From: an uncultured Solirubrobacteraceae bacterium
Lineage (GTDB): Bacteria; Actinomycetota; Thermoleophilia; Solirubrobacterales; Solirubrobacteraceae
Assembly (NCBI GenBank): GCA_963826345.1
Contig: CAWGWU010000015.1
Coordinates: forward strand, 40,536-104,535
DNA: 64,000 bases
Reading direction: 5' to 3'
Every line of letters begins with the position of its first letter. The stretch's first letter is position 1. Both the position numbers and the translations under genes were made by a program. A model generated the notes under the pieces. That model did no database searches. It was not told the DNA's origin and saw only the letters and a program-made list of their open reading frames with translations. Below, piece by piece: positions 29,636-39,530 of the stretch.

Positions 29636-31733
29636 TCAGGGCCCTGCGGTGTGCCCCTCATCTGCCCTGGTCCGCAGCCGCGGCCGCGGTGGCCCGGTCG
29701 CCGCGTGCGTGCGTTCGCCAGCGTGGGCCGCGGGGAACCTGGCGGCCGCCGGCCTGTGAAGAGGTTCCTCGTCCAGGACGGCGCCGAGCGCGATCACCAC
29801 CTGGGGGTCGAACTGACCGCCGGCGCATCGCCTGATCTCTGCGAGAGCCTGCGCCGAGGTCCGGGCCTTGGCATACGGCCGGTCGGTTGTCATTGCGTCA
29901 TAGGTGTCGCAGACGAACACGATCCGGGCACCGAGCGGGATCCGATCACCGCAAAGGCCGTCGGGGTAGCCGCCGCCGTCATATCGCTCGTGGCTCGAGC
30001 GAACGATGCCGGCTATCGGCGAGAGGGCGGGCGCGGTGCGCAGAATGCGGTCGCCGATGAGGGTGTGGCGACGCATGAACTCCCACTCGCTCTCGTTCAG
30101 CGGCCCCGGCTTGGACAGGATCGTTTCAGGGATCGCCATCTTGCCTATGTCGTGTAGTTCGGCGGCACGGATCACCTCGTCGGTCTGCTCGGCGGTGAGG
30201 CCCATCTGCCGTGCGACGGCGCTCACGATCGACGCCACATGCGACAGGTGCTCGTGCAGGTCCGGGTGACGCTCGCGCAGCACCTGAAGGAGCGGGCTGT
30301 GGGTCTGGTCGGGAGGGCTGATCCGCCGGTGATCCTTGTCTTCGTAAAGTCGCACGTCGGCGACGCTCAGCGCCTCGCTGATCGAGTCCGCCTCGAGCGG
30401 CAGGGACACGGAGCCGTAGGAGGTCGAGACGTCGAACCCCTCGCCCTGCTCTGAGAGCGCGTCGCAGGCTGCGCTGATGACACTCTGATGCTTGGCCTCG
30501 GCGCAGTCGATGATCGCGCAGAACTCGTCACCGCCGACTCGGTAGGCGCACCCGTACGGGCTGACCGCGGTGCGGAAGTGGTTACCGAGCCGGCTCAGGA
30601 GCGCGTCGCCCGCCGGGTGTCCGAAGCGGTCGTTGTAACGCTTGAAGCCGTCGAGGTCGAACAGGACGAGGTCAAACGGCGGCACGGCTGACTGTGCAAA
30701 CCGGAACTCCAGGTCGAGCATCAGGTGCCGGCGGTTCCCGAGACCGGTGAGCGCGTCCGTCAGCGCCTCCTCCTGGCTCGTGTCGAGCATCTGGACCTTC
30801 TCGGAGAACGTGATGATCAGGCCGCACGATCACACCGACCAGCGCGAGCGTCGCGAGGCCGACCGCGAGAGGGTCCACGGGCCGCAGCGTGGCGTAGACC
30901 AATAGCCCCAGTCCGACGAGCGCGAATCCGATCGGCACCGCGATCGTGCGGGCACTCTCTCGCCCGGCGCGATCCCGCATCGGCGTCGTGGGCTGCCACG
31001 CGGCCAGCGCGATCAGCGTGATCCCGGCCCACCAGCCGACGTCGAAGACTCCTCCCTGGGTGTACGTGTCCTTCGCTGTTTCGACGAGGTAAAGGCTGTC
31101 GGCGACCCAGAACGAGACGATGCCAAGCCCGAGGACGACGGCGCTGCGGTCAGGGCGCCAGCGGCGCAGCGTATAGCCCGTCACCACGATCCCGAGGAGC
31201 AGCAGGTCACCGAGCGGGTAGGCGAGGTTGGTGGCGATCGAGATCGGCCGTCCTCCGACCGTCTTCAGCACCTCCTCGAACACGACCGCCGCGCCGAGCG
31301 CTCCGACGACGAGCGCCGCGATCACGCCATCCACCCAGACCGTCGCTGTGACGCGCCTGGCGCGGTCGCGCAGGAGCAGGATCAGCCCGGTGAACGCGAG
31401 CGGGTACACGCCGAGGTAGCCGACGTCCGCAGGCGACGGCACCGGGATCGTCCTTGCGGTCCAGAGAACCGCCGTGTAGTAGATCTCCCCGACCGTCCAC
31501 GACAGCAGGGCGCCGGTGATCAGCCCCCACGCGAGACGCTCCTCGGAAAAGCGAACCGCACGAACGGCGCAAAGGCCGGTGGCGCTCAGCAGCAGCGCGT
31601 CGTGGGCGAACCGGCCGAACAGGACGCCGGATGCCGGGACCGTGACGAACAGGTGCAGCTCATACGCGACCATCCACAGGCCGAGCACTATGAACGCGGC
31701 CCGAACCCCCGGTGATGCGCGTAACGAAGACAT
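29636..31733 (-). CDS. Membrane-bound GGDEF/HD-GYP protein, one frameshift near 30820
   Basis: Multi-TM N-terminus (ORF 30672..31787); DALTGLGNRR, RVGGDEF, LHDIGK and HERYDGGGYP (ORF 29636..30790). Confidence 0.87.
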
Positions 31734-32004
31734 ATAGGCGCTTCGTATGGCTCGCCCCCGGACTTGATCCCCCGCGCCCACACCCAAACACCTGTCCTTC
31801 CAGGCTGCGGAAGCCCGGAACGCGCCCTGCGACGGAGGCCTCCGTCGCGGCTGGGGCGAGCGGGGAGACCCCCGACGCGGCCCACGCGGGACGGCGCGAT
31901 GACGCGGGCGAGGGAGCGCTGAACCCCACGTCGGTGCTCAGCTAGGCTTGCGCGGCCGGCAACCGCGGGCGGATCTCAGACACCAGCGAGAAGAGGAGAC
32001 CGGC

Positions 32005-33051
32005 ATGAGTGGCGAGAGGGTTCTTGTTACGGGAGGGTCGGGCTTCGTGGGCGCACACTGCATCCTGCGACTGCTCGACGCCGGCTACGGGGTGCGAACC
32101 ACCGTGCGCTCGCTGGGCCGCGAGGCGGAGGTGCGGTCGATGCTCGAGGCAGCAGGCGCCGACCCAGGCGATGCGCTCGCTTTCGCGGAGGCCGACCTCA
32201 CGTCCGACGATGGCTGGGCCGGAGCCGTCGCCGGCTGCGCCTTTGTGCTGCACGTCGCCTCGCCGTTTCCCCCGGGAGTACCCAAGCACGAGGACGAACT
32301 CATCATCCCGGCGCGCGACGGCGCGCTGCGTGTGCTGCGGGCCTCGCGCGACGCGGGCGTGGGTCGAGTGGTCTTGACGTCCTCGTTCGCGGCGATCGGC
32401 TACGGGCAAGACGCGACCGCGCAGGCGTTCTCGGAGGAGACCTGGACCGACCTGGACGGCTCGAACGTCAGTGCCTACGTGAAGTCGAAGACGATCGCCG
32501 AGCGGGCGGCCTGGGACTTCGTGGCCTCCGAGGGCGGTGACCTCGAGCTGTCGGTCGTCAACCCGGTTGCGGTGCTCGGCCCGGTGCTGGGCCCCGACCT
32601 CTCGACATCGATCCAGCTCGTGCAGCGTCTGATGGACCGCGGGATGCCGGCACTGCCGCGCCTGTCGTTCGGGCTCGTCGACGTGCGCGACGTCGCCGAC
32701 CTGCACGTGCGCGCGATGACCGACCCGGCCGCGAAGGGCGAGCGGTTCCTCGCCGTGGCCGGCGACCCGATGACGATCGAGGAGGTGGCACAGGTGCTGC
32801 GCGCCCGGATGGGCGAGGCGGCCTCACGCGTACCCACGAGGGTGCTCCCGGACTGGACGGTGCGCCTCGCCTCGCTGGCCGATGCTTCGCTGCGCCAGCT
32901 GGTCCCGGAGCTCGGCAAAGTCAAGCGTGCGACCAACGAGAAGGCCAAGAGGCTGCTCGGCTGGGAGCCGCGCTCCAACGAGGAATGCATCGTCGGGACC
33001 GCGGAGAGCCTCGTGCAGCTCGGCTTGCTCAAGAGCTCGCGCAAGGGGTAG
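32005..33051 (+). CDS. NAD-dependent epimerase/aldehyde reductase (extended SDR)
   Basis: TGGSGFVG, HVASP, TSS, YVKSK, VDVRDVA. Confidence 0.92.
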   Translation: MSGERVLVTGGSGFVGAHCILRLLDAGYGVRTTVRSLGREAEVRSMLEAAGADPGDALAFAEADLTSDDGWAGAVAGCAFVLHVASPFPPGVPKHEDELIIPARDGALRVLRASRDAGVGRVVLTSSFAAIGYGQDATAQAFSEETWTDLDGSNVSAYVKSKTIAERAAWDFVASEGGDLELSVVNPVAVLGPVLGPDLSTSIQLVQRLMDRGMPALPRLSFGLVDVRDVADLHVRAMTDPAAKGERFLAVAGDPMTIEEVAQVLRARMGEAASRVPTRVLPDWTVRLASLADASLRQLVPELGKVKRATNEKAKRLLGWEPRSNEECIVGTAESLVQLGLLKSSRKG

Positions 33052-33142
33052 GCGGGGCGTGGCGCGCGCGGTGATCAGCGCGCGGCGACGAGCCGCCCGA
33101 GTGCGGGTGTGACGAAACACCGCGACGGGACGTAGTTGAGGT

Positions 33143-33709
33143 ATGGGAGCGACACCGACCGGCGAACCCGGACAGGAGCCCCCCGGAGCGCACGGGGAGC
33201 TCGACGGCCGGGCGCTCGACGCCCTCTTCCGGGACAGCGCTGGGGACGTGCATGCGTACGCGCTGTCGCTGCTCGGCGACCGGGCGGGCGCGGAGGACGT
33301 GACGGCGCTCGCGTTCGAGCGCCTGTTCCGGGCGCGCTCACGGCTGGACCGCAGCCGCGGCACCCCCCGCGCACTGCTCTTCACGATCGCCCGCAACGCC
33401 GCACTCGACGAGCTGCGCCGGCGCACCAGGCGCCAACCCGGCGAGCTCGACGAGGGTCGCCGGGCGGACCTCGTTGCCGGCGAGGCATTGGAGGCGGTCG
33501 AGCGGCGTGAGGTTGTGCGCGGCGCGCTCGAAGGACTGCCGCCGCGTGAGCGCGAGATCGTGCTTCTCAAGTTCCACGGACAGCTCTCCAACGGTGAGCT
33601 CGCGCGCGCCATGGGAATCAGCGAATCCAACGTCGGCACCCGCCTGCACCGCGCGCTGACACGCCTGCGGGAGCTGTGCCGTGACGGTGAAAGGAGGGAT
33701 GTCGCATGA
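33143..33709 (+). CDS. ECF sigma-70 factor
   Basis: Region 2 (AEDV...F...LFTIARN..LDELRR) and region 4 (LP.RERE...LA..MG.S.SNV..RLHRA). Confidence 0.9.
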   Translation: MGATPTGEPGQEPPGAHGELDGRALDALFRDSAGDVHAYALSLLGDRAGAEDVTALAFERLFRARSRLDRSRGTPRALLFTIARNAALDELRRRTRRQPGELDEGRRADLVAGEALEAVERREVVRGALEGLPPREREIVLLKFHGQLSNGELARAMGISESNVGTRLHRALTRLRELCRDGERRDVA

Positions 33710-34883
33710 GGCTGCTCAGCTTCCCCGGGCCCGGTGCCCCGGGCCCTCACGAGGACTGGAACGCCGAGCTCGAGGCGGCGCTTGACGGCCTTGCTCACGG
33801 GCCCGAAGCGGATTCCTGGCGCCAGCTCCGTGACGATGTGCGCACGCTCGCCGACCCGATCGACGCGGACTTCGAGCGGCTGCTTCACGAGCGGCTGACG
33901 CAGCCCCACGCGCAGGATGGCCGGAGCCGTCCGCGACGGTGGAGCCGCCGGGGCCAGCGTCGCGGGCCGCTGCTCGGAGCTGCGGGTGCCCTCGCGACGG
34001 TGACCGCCGCGCTGCTGATCGCCGCCCCCTGGCGCTCGGGTACGGCCCCGGTAGCCGTCGCACCCGTCCCGTCCACCCAGTCGCAGGGCGCGGCGCAGGT
34101 GCCGCAGCACCCGTCTGCCGTCGCGCCGGCCGAAGCCGCTCCGGAGCAGGGCGCGCAGGCGGCGCCCGTAACGCCCGCAGTGCAGGCCACCGGTGCTCCC
34201 GCGAGCGGCCGGGTCCAGCAGCTCGGGGCATCGATCAACCTGGCCACGGCCCCCGAACAGCTCCAGGCCACGGCGGACGCCGTGGCCCAGGTTGCAGCTC
34301 GCGCGGGCGGCTTTGTCGCGAGCAGCCATGTCCAGAGCGAAAGGACCGGCGGCGAAGCAGCGCTCACGCTGAGTATCCCGAGCTCCGGCTCGACGCCGCC
34401 CTCGCGTCGATCGGGCGCCTGGCCAGCGTCCAGAGCGAGAGCCGCTCGCTCCAGGACATCACCGACGAATATGGATCGGCCCGGCGCCGGCTCGCAGACC
34501 TCCAGGCCGAAAGGGCCGCGCTGCTGAAGGCGCTCGCCGCCGCCAGCACCGAAGGGCAGATCGCGAGCCTCCGGGAACGGCTCGCGGCCTCGCGCAGCGC
34601 GATCTCCGCGGCGGAGCATTCGCTGCAGGCCATCGCGCATCGCGCAGCGACGGCGGAAGTGGAAGTCACGATCACCGGCAGCCGCGCCGCGACGCATGGG
34701 GGGGTGACGGTCGGAAGGGGAGTGCGCGATGCCGAACGGGTGCTCGTGGTCGTGCTGGATGCCGCTCTGGTGGCGGCGGCCGTGCTGCTCCCCCTCGCCC
34801 TGATCACGGTCGTCGTGCTCGCGGCCCTGCGCGCCTGGCGTCGCTTGCGGCGCGAGAGCGTTCTGGACTCCGGCGCGCGCTAG
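33706..34883 (+). CDS. Putative anti-sigma-like membrane protein with DUF4349 domain, frameshift near 34385
   Basis: ATGA overlap with the sigma factor; TM helix, GGFV..S...LTLSIP, then QDITDEY...coiled coil and C-terminal TM in the shifted frame. Confidence 0.75.
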
Positions 34884-35042
34884 AGCCCAGCCGGACCACC
34901 GGTCGGCGCTCCCCGCGCGGATTGGCGCTATTTGCATCCTCGGCGCCGACCACGGGGTTGACTTACCGCGGCCGGAGGTGGAACCTGGCTCACAGGCCCC
35001 GGCCCGGAGTCAGGTTGGTGCGTGCCCACGGCCAAAGGAACG

Positions 35043-36974
35043 ATGCGGATCGTGGCTTGGAAAGCACCGAGGGGAACCATCATCGGCCTGACGGCCGGTG
35101 TGCTCGCGGGCGCCGCGCTGCTCTGGACCGGCTCGCCCCACGAGGCGCACGCGTCAGGCTCCGCCGCCCTCCTCCCGAACCTCGTCGCCGACCCGCCGGA
35201 CAACGCGACGCTCGTGACCAGCAGCACGGAAGGCGGGGCGCGCCTGCTGCTGCGCTTCAACGGCTACGTGCACAACGCCGGACCCGGCGCTCTCGACATC
35301 CGCGGGACCAGGGCCGCCCCGAAAGCGGCCGGGAAAAACGAGAACGAACTCACCGAAGAGGTCGAAATGTACAAGCGGCGGGAACAGAGCCTGCCGGCGG
35401 CGCTGGAACAGGAACTCGCGACTCCCGCGATGAGCGTGTCGCAGCGCCTCTTCATCACCAACGAAGGCAACCCGGCGGTCTCCGGGCAGTACATCGAACG
35501 AGCGCACTACGAAGAACCGATCGCCGGCGAAATGGTCTACTCGAACGCCGACGGTCATCACCACTGGCACCTGCAGCACGTTGCGAAGTATTCGCTGTGG
35601 GACGCCGGCAAGACTGCTGAAGTGGCGCCTGCCCAAAAGGTGGGCTTCTGTCTCGACGACAGCCAGCACGTCGAACCCGGCAAGGGTCCACAGGCCGCCG
35701 TCTACGCCAACGACTCGCCTCCATATCCAGGGTTCTGCCGGCGGTTCAGGCCCGATTCGACGGGCGTGTATGAGGGAATCTCGCCCGGGTGGAGGGACGT
35801 CTACGATCGCGAACTCGCGTGGCAGTGGGTCGATGTCTCCGGCGTGCTGCCGGGTGAATACTGGCTGCGCGAGGACATCGACCCGACCGGCGTGATCAAG
35901 CAGGCCGGCGGAGGCGTCAAGCACGAATACTCGACCAGCCCAACGGTGATCCCGGGCTTTGACGCCGAGCCGCAGAGCGCTCTCACGGGCGAAGGCGAAG
36001 CGATGTCAGTGAAGCTCACGGCCACCGCCTACGGCGACGGCGCGTCGCCTCTGTTCTCCCTCGTGTCCGGGCCGGAACACGGAACCCTCGGCCCCGTCGA
36101 AGGCGACACCGTCACCTACACGCCGGCGCTCGGCTACTCCGGGAGCGACTCCTTCACGTTCTCGGCCCGGGACCCGAACAGCCCGTTCCCGGCGCATCCC
36201 GCGGTCGCGACGGTCTCGCTGTCGGTCGGCTCAGCGAAGCCGAGCGTCTCGATCAGCGGCGCGCCCGCGCAGATGACCGCGGGAACGAGCCTGCAGCTCT
36301 CCGCCTCGACGGCGAACGACCAGGGCGGAGTGGAATGGAGCTCCTCGACGGGCTTGCTCACCGAGGATGACCCCGCGGGGAACACGGTCACCTTCACGGC
36401 GCCCACCGCCGGCGAAGCAGTGGTGATCACGGCGCGGCTGCGAGACAACGCCGCCGTTGGCGACGAGCGGACGGTGCTCGTCGTGCCTGCGCCGAGGCCC
36501 GAACCCGCTCCCGAACTGCCGGCCGAAGCACCTCGCCCCGCGGCGCATCCGCCCGGCCCCGGCACGGGAGGCTCGCAGACACTTCCAAAGGGCGGGCCAC
36601 CGACCCTGTCGGCGCCTCGCGCGATGCTGATCGGACACACGCTCGTGATGAGGACCGCGCCGAGCGTCGCCGGCCGCGTGAGCCTGAGCGCCTACGCCGG
36701 CCACACCAGGCTCGGGGGCTGCGCCAGCTACTCGCCGGCCGCGCGGTACTTCACGTGCAGGATCAGGCTCGGGACCCGAACCTCGCTGCGCGCGCGCATC
36801 AGCCTTCGCGCGACGTTGCGCGTCGGCGGCGTCCTCGTGTCTGCGGTGCGACCCGCCCAGCGCGTGCCGGAAATGAGGATGCAGCCCGTCGGTGCCCGCG
36901 CGAGCGTCGCATCGGCGGCGGGCATCTTCTGGTGCAGCCCGTCGACCCTGACCGGGGTGCTCACCGACGGATGA
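35043..36974 (+). CDS. Secreted lysyl oxidase-like protein with Ig-like domains
   Basis: Signal peptide; LLRF, HHHWH Cu motif, KVGFCL.D, GISPGW.D.Y and QWVDV.G..PG.Y.L; then YTP..GYSGSDSFTF Ig-like repeat and a Pro-rich linker. Confidence 0.85.
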   Translation: MRIVAWKAPRGTIIGLTAGVLAGAALLWTGSPHEAHASGSAALLPNLVADPPDNATLVTSSTEGGARLLLRFNGYVHNAGPGALDIRGTRAAPKAAGKNENELTEEVEMYKRREQSLPAALEQELATPAMSVSQRLFITNEGNPAVSGQYIERAHYEEPIAGEMVYSNADGHHHWHLQHVAKYSLWDAGKTAEVAPAQKVGFCLDDSQHVEPGKGPQAAVYANDSPPYPGFCRRFRPDSTGVYEGISPGWRDVYDRELAWQWVDVSGVLPGEYWLREDIDPTGVIKQAGGGVKHEYSTSPTVIPGFDAEPQSALTGEGEAMSVKLTATAYGDGASPLFSLVSGPEHGTLGPVEGDTVTYTPALGYSGSDSFTFSARDPNSPFPAHPAVATVSLSVGSAKPSVSISGAPAQMTAGTSLQLSASTANDQGGVEWSSSTGLLTEDDPAGNTVTFTAPTAGEAVVITARLRDNAAVGDERTVLVVPAPRPEPAPELPAEAPRPAAHPPGPGTGGSQTLPKGGPPTLSAPRAMLIGHTLVMRTAPSVAGRVSLSAYAGHTRLGGCASYSPAARYFTCRIRLGTRTSLRARISLRATLRVGGVLVSAVRPAQRVPEMRMQPVGARASVASAAGIFWCSPSTLTGVLTDG

Positions 36975-37010
36975 CGCCCGCCGGCCGGGGAGCTCCCGCC
37001 CGTGCGGACT

Positions 37011-37042
37011 GGGCTCCGGAGCTGACCTCAGCCCCGGAGCCC
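37011..37042. terminator. GC-rich hairpin between convergent genes
   Basis: GGGCTCCGG-A-GCTGA-CC-TCAGC-C-CCGGAGCCC. Confidence 0.55.
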
Positions 37043-37089
37043 TGTCGCAACTGCCACCGCAGCCCCCGCGGTCAGGCGGGGGCCACCGA

Positions 37090-37956
37090 TCAGAATTCGG
37101 TCGGTTTAGGCGATTCGACCGTGAAGTTGGTCGTCACCGTGGTGAACGGTTTTTCTTCCAGGTCAGCTTCGATCAGCGATGTCCCCGGCGAGCACGAGGC
37201 GTCACCGATCGCAATCACGAAACCATTGCCGTTGTTGTCGAGTTTCAGGCCGTTGAATTCCGACCCGCCTACGATCTGGACGGATGCCTCGACTTCGCTC
37301 GGCACGATCCAGTGGAGATGCGGGTAGACCCCGCAGCGCCGGTAGAGCTCTTCGGATGCGATCCGGACGTAGCTCTCGGCGGCACCGGGGAACTCAGCCT
37401 CGATGATCGTGGCGACGGCGCTCGAGCCGGCGTCCTCGACCTGGTGGGACGGCAGCGCCGTCACGCCAAGCGGAGTGTCGTTCGGCGGCAGCACCGTGAA
37501 CGAAGTCGTATACGAGTTGTATTCGCCTTCGTCCTGATGGACGCTGACCAGCGATTCCCCGGCCTGACATTTCGGGCCGGCGATCAACGCAACCGTCGCG
37601 TTGCCATCCGCATCGAGCGTCAATTCGACGCTCCGCCCGCTCGTCACTTCATACGGGTTCGGGATGTACCAGCGGATGTCGCTGTTGCAGCGCGAGTACA
37701 GCTGGCTCGCGATGACCGTCACTTTTGACCCCGTCCCATACAGGAACGGGTTGCACTCCACTTCGATGATGTCGGCCGCCGTCGCCTGCAGTTCGAACTC
37801 CCCCTGCGCGACGAACGAAGGCAGCGAGTGCACCGCGCACGTGCTGCCTTCTGTGCCCTGTGCCACAGCGCTGCCATGTGCCGACGCCGTGCCGGCCATG
37901 AGCAGCAGGCTGCTGGCCATGACCATCAGGCCGACGCACAACTTACGCCTGTCCAT
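37090..37956 (-). CDS. Secreted acidic Cys-containing two-repeat protein, paralog A
   Basis: Sec signal peptide ending ASA; two internal ~120-aa repeats; strong GGAGG RBS; highly similar to 38667..39530. Confidence 0.88.
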   Translation of the reverse strand: MDRRKLCVGLMVMASSLLLMAGTASAHGSAVAQGTEGSTCAVHSLPSFVAQGEFELQATAADIIEVECNPFLYGTGSKVTVIASQLYSRCNSDIRWYIPNPYEVTSGRSVELTLDADGNATVALIAGPKCQAGESLVSVHQDEGEYNSYTTSFTVLPPNDTPLGVTALPSHQVEDAGSSAVATIIEAEFPGAAESYVRIASEELYRRCGVYPHLHWIVPSEVEASVQIVGGSEFNGLKLDNNGNGFVIAIGDASCSPGTSLIEADLEEKPFTTVTTNFTVESPKPTEF

Positions 37957-38058
37957 GACTTACCTCCAGTAGTCAATGCTTACGCACCCGCTGCACGGGA
38001 GACCCGGCACTACGGAGGAGTCCCTCTTCCCAAATCCTGAGAAACCCCCCACGGGCTT
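37957..38058 (-). promoter_or_regulatory. Conserved structured 5' leader, copy 1
   Basis: Nearly identical to 39531..39629; 12-bp stem with loop AGGAUUUGGGAA (38027-38038); TAAGAT -10-like box at 38069-38074. Confidence 0.7.
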
Positions 38059-38246
38059 GTCGCCGCGTATCTTACACCCCTGGAGCCTCTCGCAGCTCCC
38101 GGAGATTGCGGGAGATCCCTGAGGCCTCCGGCGAGGATGCGCGCCGCCGGCTCTGGGGCGGGACCGCCGCGCGAGCGCTGCGGCAGCCGTTCGGCCACCG
38201 GGACCTCCGCGACGAAGTTCGCAGACCTCTTGGGGAACCGAGATTA

Positions 38247-38310
38247 CGGTCGACCCGGAGGCAGGATTTGGGAAGCCTCCGGGTCGCCCGTTCACGCCGC
38301 ACTGGAGGTA
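38247..38310 (+). ncRNA. Candidate structured RNA element, third copy of the loop motif
   Basis: CGACCCGGAGGC-AGGATTTGGGAA-GCCTCCGGGTCG (38251-38286) followed by ACTGGAGGTA (38301-38310); transcript ends unknown. Confidence 0.5.
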
Positions 38311-38580
38311 TTGCATGTGCCGTGTGAGGCGGCCTGACGGCCACCACGTCAATCATTACATATCGATTGCCTATGGCGGCGCAGTTCGCGCCACGCTGAA
38401 CGCGACGTCTCACGCGGTTTCCCCCGTGTTTGCGGGCTCTGGGGCCCCCTGCGGCCGGGCCGGGCTCTCTCGGGGCGCGGCCTGCGCCGCGATCGCTCAG
38501 GCGCGAATGGGCCCGTTGGCCTGCCTGGCGCGCGCGTTGCGCGGCCCACCGGCGCCCGGCGTCTATCTGCGCACGCGCCG

Positions 38581-38614
38581 GGGACCCCGGGGGATTGAGG
38601 CGCCCCGGGGTCCC
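38581..38614. terminator. Strong hairpin downstream of paralog B
   Basis: GGGACCCCGGGG-N10-CCCCGGGGTCCC. Confidence 0.55.
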
Positions 38615-38666
38615 TGCGCATCACCGACTCTTCACAGCGGTCTTGCCGTGAGGCAAGCGCCGCCGA

Positions 38667-39530
38667 TCAGAATTCGGTTGGTTTGGGTGATTCGACCGTG
38701 AAGTTGGTCGTTAGCGTTGTGAATGGTTTTTCTTCGAGGTCCGCTTCGATCAATGACGTCCCCGGCGAGCACGACGAGTCGCCTATCGCGAGCACGAACG
38801 CGTTGCCGTTGTTGTCGAGCTGGACGGCTCCGTCGCCGACTTCACCCGTACCGTCGTATTCCTGACCGGTCTCCGAGATCCAGCGGATTTTCGGATCGAC
38901 ACCGCAGCGCCGGTAGAGCTCTTCCGAGCCGATCCGGACGTAGCTCTCGGCGGCACCCGGGAACTCGGCCTCGATGATCGTCGCAACGGCGCTCGAGCCG
39001 GAGTCCTCGACCTGGTGGGACGGCAGAGCCGTCACGCCAAGCGGAGTGTCGTTAGGCGGCAGCACCGTGAACGAAGTCGTATACGAGTTGTATTCGCCTT
39101 CGTCCTGATGGACGCTGACCAGCGATTCACCGGCCTGGCACAGCGGGCCGGCGATCAACGCAACCGTCGCGTTGCCGTCCGCATCGAGCGTCAATTCGAC
39201 GCTCCGGGAATAGTCTTCTACCCGGTACGGGTTCGGCACGTACCACGTTATGGAACCGTTGCAGCGCGAGTACAGCTGGCTCGCGATGACCGTCACTTTT
39301 GATCCCGTCCCGTACAGGAACGGGTTGCACTCCACTTCGATGACGTCCGCGGCCGTCGCCTGCTGGCGAAACTCGCCCTGGGCGACAAACGACGGAAGAG
39401 AGTGCACCGCACAGGTGCTTCCTTCTGTGACCTGTGCCTTCGCGCTCCCGTGGGCCGACGCTGTGCCGGCCATCAGCAGCAAGCTGCTCGCGACGACCAT
39501 CAGGCCGACGCACAACCTACGCCTATCCAT
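38667..39530 (-). CDS. Secreted acidic Cys-containing two-repeat protein, paralog B
   Basis: Same architecture and conserved cysteines as 37090..37956; same C-terminus TNFTVESPKPTEF. Confidence 0.88.
   Translation of the reverse strand: MDRRRLCVGLMVVASSLLLMAGTASAHGSAKAQVTEGSTCAVHSLPSFVAQGEFRQQATAADVIEVECNPFLYGTGSKVTVIASQLYSRCNGSITWYVPNPYRVEDYSRSVELTLDADGNATVALIAGPLCQAGESLVSVHQDEGEYNSYTTSFTVLPPNDTPLGVTALPSHQVEDSGSSAVATIIEAEFPGAAESYVRIGSEELYRRCGVDPKIRWISETGQEYDGTGEVGDGAVQLDNNGNAFVLAIGDSSCSPGTSLIEADLEEKPFTTLTTNFTVESPKPTEF

Noticed and set aside
38190-38315. c-di-AMP (ydaO) or cobalamin riboswitch, suggested by TGGGGAACC and GGGAAG
   Set aside because: The other hallmark segments (GGUGAAUC and CCGUCAGCUAAC for ydaO; GCCACUG and the B12 box for cobalamin) are absent
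38315-38701. 128-aa + strand ORF with a good SD
   Set aside because: No recognisable motif, crosses a strong hairpin and overlaps the end of paralog B; kept only as an alternative in the findings
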